A stretch of DNA of 56,153 nt, the filler included, from Basidioascus undulatus (taxonomy: Eukaryota), in assembly GCA_000826855.1 (NCBI GenBank). It is 4 parts of 4 records of this genome, joined end to end, with 100 filler letters (N's around TTAATTAATTAA, not from the genome) between each part and the next. Parts side by side here need not be neighbours in the genome. Positions count along the whole stretch, not along the records: positions 42,206 to 56,153 come from JTLS01000769.1; 3 more parts are not named here. One strand, written 5' to 3'. Numbering within the stretch: position 1 is the stretch's first letter; every line of letters begins with the position of its first letter. Positions 48,910-56,153 of this stretch are shown one piece after another. The notes beneath the pieces are model-generated. The model saw only the letters and a program-made list of their open reading frames with translations. It was not told the DNA's origin and did no database searches. A program made the position numbers and the translations under genes.

Positions 48910-50551
48910 ATGATTGCTACGACCCTCACCCTCTCTGCCCTCCTCGCGCTTGGCTATGCCCTGCCTTTCACGAACACCACTACGCACACCAAGCGCTACT
49001 CATACATTTCCGGGCTTCAAAACAACTGTAACCACGAGTGAGTCCCACTGGATTCTTGACATGCAGAGAGGGACCTACGACTGGGATACAAATGACAACG
49101 TTTTGTTCAGCATTGCCATCACGTTCGACGATGGTATGAGGGTTGCGGCATTCAAACAATTGCCCTGTTTTGCCTAATTGAACTGTCGGTACAGGTCCTT
49201 ACCAGTGGGAGAACGACCTCAGCAACATCGTGGGTCTGAACGCGCCTGGATCGGGGTTGTTGCGTCTCAACTGCACGGCGGTTGGGTAGTTTGCGGACAA
49301 CGGCCAGAGGGCGACCTTCTTTGTCAATGGCTACAACGTAAGTGCGCTGCTTGAATTACCTGCCTCCCACAAATTGAACCTGACGGCGGGTCTTCAAACA
49401 GTGGGGTTGCGTGGGTGTTTCTAGCCTCGAAGCCTTGTTTCTGTCATGCAAGTCACTCATTGCTCCCCTCGTCTCGTAGATTTACGACGAGGCGAACGTG
49501 CAGCGCCTTCGCCACACCTACGAGGCCGGTCATCAAATGTGAGTCTGGCCCCATCGTTCCCCCACGGAAGATTTCATCAAGGCATCACCACCCTGCCCTC
49601 CCATCTTCAACTTCGGCAGAGGTTCGCACACCTGGAGCCACGTTGGTACGCATCGCCGTCCAATTCTGAAGGCAAAAGGAACTGACTGGACTGCAACTGC
49701 GTCACAGGGCTTAGCACCATGTCCACGGCCCAGATCGATGAGCAGATTCAGTTCGTCGAAGACGCTTTGTGGAAGGTCTGTCTCTGCACCCGATTTGCTG
49801 GATCCGACTTCAGGCGGCCCTCTCCTGATGTGGATCCACCTGTGACAGATCCTTGGTGTCGTACCTGCCGTCCTCCGCCCTCCTTACGGGGATGCTCCCG
49901 ACTGGGCTGTCCAGTACATCAACGACGCAAGTCCTTCCTTTAACTTTTATGCCCACCAGGGAGTAACTGAAGTGCCCTGAACTACAGCGCTGGGGCTACA
50001 CGGTAGTCAACTGGTCGGAGGACTCTGGTGCGATTCTCGTTCTCGCTTGTTAAACGCTGGGCTCGGCTGACAACGCTCTCCCTGTGTAACCCTCCCAGGT
50101 GACTCGGCTGGCGCATCCGCTGCCGACAGCCTAGCTCTTTACCAGCGTATTGCTGGCGACTCAAGCCCTCACCTGACCCTCAACCACGAGACGTACTACT
50201 CGACCGTGTTCAATGTCGTCAGTCCGCATTGCTGCCAATCGACATGCCCCACGCAGCTGACTCGGTAACGAGCTTGCAGATGCCCGGCGCCGTGAGCACT
50301 TTGGTGGGGGCAGGCCGCAGTTTGACCACGGTCGCTACCTGCAAGGACACCGACGCGTACAAGGTGAGCCCGACGCAATGCAGTGCCTGAGACACGCTGA
50401 TTGCCATCCCCTCGCAGGTTGTCGGCTCCTACGGCCAGCGGGACTCGACGTGAGCGGAACCAGTTTTGAGAGAATAATAAGTACTTGCTAACGAGCAGAG
50501 CGACTGTACAGTTGGACTTGCGAGGGTAAGCCTGCTCCCGGTGTCGCATAA
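48910..50551 (+). CDS. Secreted CE4 polysaccharide/chitin deacetylase (NodB domain)
   Basis: Signal peptide MIATTLTLSALLALGYA. All five CE4 motifs appear across exons: TFDDGP, HTWSH, RPPYG, DSGD and LNHE. TAA at 50549-50551. Confidence 0.93.
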
Positions 50552-51348
50552 AGCTCCCGACTCGGAGCAATCAGCATTCTGCGAGGGACACTTTTCATTC
50601 TTCGTTTATCCACGGAATATTTTCAATTTCCTTTCTCGAACCATTTGCTTTCATGGGGACCAGGACATTTTTCTCTCTTGTGAACTAGTGTCTGGTGTAC
50701 TTGAGTCACGATTGTGCAACGCAAATTGTTGTTCTTCAGCTCTGCTTCTGCGATAAAGCATTCAAGGTACCATTGTTTGGAAGTAAGTGGACGGCTTTGT
50801 CTCGGCACACATCGCGTTAAAAACCGACAGTCCTGCCTTGAAACCATGGACCGCTGCGTATTGTGCAACAGTGACTTCCTGCTGTTGAGAGAAGGCGTTG
50901 CTAGACTGAGACTGCGAACTTGCCCCCGATGGCTGAAACAAGAAACAACCAGCACATACCCTTTTACGCTATCACTGTCCGGAAGCCCGTTACCGGTACG
51001 TGCCACCTATGCCCAAATCAGTCGAATGCAAATTTGAGAAATGCGTGCATCATTCTCCAAAACAAAAGCATTGTACGAGTGGCGCGCTCTACCACTGAGT
51101 TAAGCGGGCAAATCAAATATATGCCCACTGGCTGGATTGAACAACCGACTTCACCATTTCACAAATGCTAACCACTTGCTTAGCAAGGTAGTTAAAAGTG
51201 GAAAGTAAGACATGACTTTTGAAGCCAAAGAGAGCGCCCACGGTCTACAGTGTGGTTGTCAACCATAGCCGTGAACAGTAGGTTATCTATAGAATGTACA
51301 CCTATAACTCATCACAGAAATCGTGTCTGTTCGGTCAATTCGGTCGCC

Positions 51349-52372
51349 CAGTGTTGCCATTTAAGGCCTTACAATCAAATTCACGGCTTCTAAGGGTTAA
51401 ATAATAGTAAGGGGTTAATATTAAGAATATTAATGGGCCAAAAAGCCTTAAATGAGTGCGGCAGCATGACCACTTGATTGTCTGCGTGTGCCGCTATTGG
51501 AGCCCAGATACATCGGTTCTTGGCTCTGGCATGACTAAATATCATCACTTGAACGATTAAGAATGAACATGCCGGATAGATTTGAAAGTAGGCAGGCACT
51601 AATGGCAGGGGCTGAGGCTCTCGGGAGCGGCACTTCCCACGCAGAAGCGCACAACAAGGTGCGCAGTCATCGTCGACGACACACCGCAGCACATGAAAAA
51701 TTAAAAAACCCTATTTAAGCTCCTCCTTGTAGTGAAGGAGCAAAGATTTGACACCGACAATCGACGGCGTAGCGCCATAGCTGCTTTGCCTTTCAGTCAT
51801 CCAACTTCACGCTTCAGAGGACAGATTTACTCAACTTGATCGAAATGCTCCTGCTGTTCGACTTATCACCTCGCAGCTCGGCAGCTTTGTCGATCTCCTC
51901 GTACTGGCGGACGACGACGACGACGCACCAGAGGCAGTATGCCTTTTTGTAGGACTTCTTCTGCTCCTTGCCCTCGTGGAAGTAGTCCCATATGTCAAAA
52001 GCTTTCTCCCAGCCATCAGGGAATCGGCTGGGTGGTGAAGATAAGTAAAGTGGGAGAAGAGAGCAAAGGGGAGCTCGCTAGCGCACTCATTATTAGCTAC
52101 CTGTATACTGCAATACCTGTCCCTCAACAGTCAGTGATTGGACTGCGCAAGACCGGGCACACCATCTCTGTCAACTGTTCCACAACTCCAAGTGGGCTAA
52201 GATACTTCTTGCCCGGACCTGAGGTCTTCGGACCTACATCCACCCTCGTAGGCGATTTTAAGGGATAATAATGCCATTTAAGGACAGTGCGGGCACCTTC
52301 GATCTTAAGCCTTAGCTTGATATTGAGTTAAATTAGGTTAAATTTAATGTTAAGGTTAAAATGGCAACACTG
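51349..52372. mobile_element. Non-autonomous TIR element (hAT-like ends), ~1.0 kb
   Basis: Left CAGTGTTGCCATTT (51349-51362) and right AAATGGCAACACTG (52359-52372) form a perfect 14-bp inverted repeat with looser similarity inward. TTAA-rich subtermini; no clear TSD. Confidence 0.75.
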
Positions 52373-54030
52373 CTTGGCCATGCATTCAAATCCAACTGGC
52401 TAAAGCTGCCGCCGCGCCTGCACAAGTTTGCACGCCGCTCTTGAACAGAAGATGATGACTGTGCCTTTATCATGTATTGTTCTCATAATAATGAGGGAAA
52501 GAACCCTAGATGTGCCCGCATCCCCCGTACTTCTCAGTGCCCTTCCGTTTCAGCAAGCAGGTGCAGTCAGTGCTTTCAGCAGCGTCTTCCGGACGCTAGT
52601 CACTTGACCGGCTTGAGAACTATGCAAGCATGCTGGTAGGCAGGCCTTTAAAAGCAGTTCTATTGACACATTGCTCTCTGCGGACATCACTCTCATGTCT
52701 TCCATCACCAGCGTAGTAAGATCGCGATACTGGCGAAACAACATGAAGTGCGTTACGTTGACATACGACTCGCTTTCACAGTCAACATTCTGGGATTACC
52801 AACCATAGGTCCAAAGGTCATCGTGAATACATATCGATTACACCCCTCCGACAAAGTATTGATTGTTGGCTGCCAAACAGTAATAAACCGGATAATACTA
52901 AGGATAACACTCAAGACTTAACAGCAGAGGGAGAAAAACGCATTTGGACTCACGCATGATGTCGGCACAGCCGAAGAGTGATACAACCTTGCTGTAAGAA
53001 TCCAGGCGAATTTGGTGAGGGTGAATCAGCAAGAAAAACTGTGGTGGCGACAGTAGAGGAGGGGCATGTTGTAACTGATGGCCCAGGCATACGTACCAGT
53101 GCCCAGCAGGACGAAATTGGAGACGATCGTGAGGAACGTTCAGAAAAGCCATCAGCATCAATTTGATGGGGCAGCGCAGGTGAAGGCGATGATAGTTGTC
53201 TAAGAAAGAGCCACATAATGCCTGCCAAAAGTACGGCGGCATGGAAGCCCCAGCCGTCCGGTGCAGCTAAGCTCGCGAGCTGCTCGGCAGTTGAAGCAAC
53301 TTGTCCGACAACACAGCCAGCAGGCCGCTCAGTACTGTGCCTTTGGTTGTTTTTATTGCAGTTCAAGTGCCAACTGTGTTAATCCAGTCATACTCTTGGG
53401 GCTAGGAAGCAGAAAACTGCTGCAGTCCGCTGAAATCCGTCAAATTTGCTCAAAGACTCACTGACTCGGATTAGCTGTCTTGTCACTCATTGACTCTTCA
53501 TGTCAACCTGACTGACCCAATCGTCCTGGAGCTCGACGTTTCGAAACTGTGCCCCTGTGGGCGCTTCTCGTCTGCTTTGAATCCGCTTCTTCTCGCCCTG
53601 ACCGGTCTTGCGCTAACAAACGCAACACAACTCGCACGCCTGACCATCTCAACATGGACTGTACACTTACCACCCTCACCCTCAATATCACCTTCGATTG
53701 CCTCGATGCACCTCTCCCTCCTCTTTTCTCCTAGCTCGCACTGACCCGCTGTATCGCCTTCGCTCGCTTCACGTCCGTACCTTCCGCTCGTTGTATCCCA
53801 TAGACTTACGGTGAGCCTATGCCGGTGTCCTGTGGTGTTGTCAATGCGTCTCTGAGGCTCACGGTCGGATCTCTGTCCAGCTCCTGGCGGCTGGCCGTTC
53901 TACGCAGCCTCGACTCCTCCATAGATTTCGCACCATACCAAAGTCAGTCATCTCCTGTTAGAGATTCGAGAGAGGCGGGGGTATTGAAGCATGGTTGCAG
54001 CTCATAGACACCGACCTCGCAACGTCCAAC

Positions 54031-56153
54031 ATGACGCGCTCGGCAGCCCTCGTCCTCTCCCTCCTTGGCACCGCACTGCTTTCCGTCGCCCAACCCACGC
54101 TCCTTCACCCTATCTCATCTCAACTTCCGCCCATCGCGCGCCCGGGCACCCCCTTCTCCTTCGGCCTTCTGCCGGACACCTTCTCTGCTGCGTCGCCCCT
54201 ATCCTACACCGTCAGCGGCCTGCCCCGCTGGGCCCGCTTCGACCCGACATCCCGCACGTTCTTCGGCACCCCATCCGCCGCCTCGGACGTGGCGACCTCT
54301 TGGGTCGAGCTGGAAGTCCGCGATCGTGACGGCGTCGCCCGTGACGCCTTTTCTTTGGTCGTCCTCGACGAACCCGCACCGGTCGTCAAGTACTCCGTCT
54401 CCGAGCAGCTCAAGGTCGCGGTCGCGTCGGCGTACCCGCTCCAGTACGAGAACGGCCTCACCGTTCCGCCCGGATGGGTATGTCGCTTTCCTGAGGTTGA
54501 TGCTATATTACGAACCCGATTGACGTGGGTCTGTTGGCAGTCGTTCGCCATCGGTTTCGAGCAGTACACCTTCGCGACGCCCGGGCAAGACCGCATCTTT
54601 TACGACGCCCGCCTCGAGGACAGCACGCCTCTGCCCGAATGGCTGCACTTCGACAACGAGACGGTTACCTTCTGGGGTGTCGCGCCGTGGTTTGGATCGG
54701 GGCAGAGCTGGGAGTCGTTTGACGTTGTGTTGTCGGGCTCTGAACGGTGAGAGACAAGCTTATTGCTGTCGTTATGCTGGGCACGTCCCTTATGCTGGGG
54801 TATCTCTTTCTCAGCCGGGGCTACGGTGGCGTGTCTGAAAGCTTTGGCCTCATCGTCACCAACCACCACTTCGACCTCGTCCAGCCGCTTCAGGCAATCA
54901 ACGCCACCGCCGGCTCAAACATCTCCTATACGATCGACACGTCCCTCCTCCGCCTCGACTTCGCCGCCGTCGCGCCATCAAACCTGTCCTCCATCGAGCT
55001 CAACATCTCCGACTTCCCCTGGCTCTCGTACGACTCCAAGTCGCGCACGATCACTGGCGTCGCGCCGTCCGACCTCGCGCGCGACGAGGCGCAGCACTAC
55101 CGCCTTCCAGTCACCTTCACCACCGCGCTCAACGACGTTCTCCGCACAACGATCCCCCTCGCCGTCTACTCGCCATACTTCGCCCAGGCGTTGCTCCCGG
55201 ACTACACCGTCCCCCGCGGCCAGAAGGTCGTCGAGATCCTGCTGTCCGCGTACGGGCGCAACATGTCGACGTCCCCGATGTTCACGCTCGCGCTCGACCC
55301 GCCCGCCGCGGCCCAGTGGCTCACGCTCAAGGTCTCCCCGCTCGCCCTCGTCGGCTCCGTCCCGGACACGTTCGCGCGCACGCCCATCAATGCGACTATA
55401 ACCGCCGTGGATGGCACGACGTTCACGCCCTCCACCCTCCACGTCTCCATCGCGTTCGAGGGCGGCGCGCGGAGCAACGACAGCGTGAAGCTCTCGCCTG
55501 AGCGACGGGCACGCTCGCGGCGCCAGGCGCTCATCGCCCTCGCGGTCGTCCTCCCCATCTGCATCATCACCGCCCTCGTCGCGCTCTGCATCTGCTGCGT
55601 TCGTCAGCGCCGGTGCGAGCGCGACACGGACCCCGAGCGCGCAGAGCAGGCGCCGTCGACGCCCGTCGCGCGGGAGAAGAAGGGGTCGTCGATCCTCTTT
55701 GGCTCGGTCGAGGGCAAGGGCATCCCCGTCTCGCTCGATTCGTCCTCCTCGTCCGCGGACAAGCTCTCGCCGGGCGCGAAAAACCCCAACGCGGCGCATC
55801 AGCACAGCCTTTTCAAGGGCCTCCCCACGCAAACGGTCGTCCTCGTCCCGCGCTCGGTCTCGTCCATCGAGGACGGCGCGTCGCTGCACTCGTTCGAGTC
55901 GGGGGACACGTCGGACACTCTCGACCACGACCTGGACGGGTCGGCGACGTTCCAGTGGGAGTCGGCGGACGAGGCCAAGCTGGGCGACGCGATGGACAAG
56001 GGGGCGATGCCTGTCCCCGCCGGTATCGCCATCGGCGAGAGTAACGACTCGCTCAACAGCGCTTCCACGCTCGCGTTCGATGAGCAGGACGAGATCCACG
56101 CCGTCGGCGGCGACTCGTTCGACCATGCCTCTCCCTCCCGCCACTCCATCCCC
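54031..56153 (+). CDS. AXL2: Axl2-like type I membrane protein with cadherin-like (CADG/He_PIG) domains; runs off the window
   Basis: Signal peptide; QLPPIARPGTPFSF..DTF..LPRWARFDPTSRTFFGTP; PLPEWLHFDNETVTFWGVAP; PWLSYDSKSRTITGVAP; TM ALIALAVVLPICIITALVALCICC near 55530-55600. Confidence 0.88.

Noticed and set aside
52400..53400. Possible LRR-like remnant on the minus strand
   Set aside because: Only one short suggestive peptide; insufficient support.
54978..56144. 388-aa minus-strand ORF
   Set aside because: Antisense shadow of the GC-rich AXL2-like exon.

Overview
Intron-rich eukaryotic DNA from a basidiomycete fungus, possibly Pucciniomycotina (inference from gene style). The window is four ~14-kb contigs joined by artificial N44-TTAATTAATTAA-N44 linkers, so adjacency across linkers is not biological. 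Contig 1 (1-13949): a decayed Plavaka-type transposase with a co-oriented second gene, a Zn2Cys6 transcription factor and a CUE-like-tailed protein. Contig 2 (14050-28028) is largely accessory or decayed: two F-box/LRR-like paralogues with lesions, a MYND finger, a 2OG-Fe(II) oxygenase pseudogene, a VCX1-like Ca2+/H+ exchanger abutting a strongly CpG-depleted 3-kb repeat, and an intron-containing tRNA-His. Contig 3 (28129-42105): an API5-like gene, a micro-exon coiled-coil gene, an alpha/beta hydrolase, and a secreted NucA/NucB-type DNase whose N- and C-terminal halves lie on opposite strands. Contig 4 (42206-56153): a divergent HSE1/MMS2 pair, a CE4 chitin deacetylase, a hAT-like non-autonomous element and an AXL2-like gene. 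All calls come from manual translation and motif recognition; no database searches were run.
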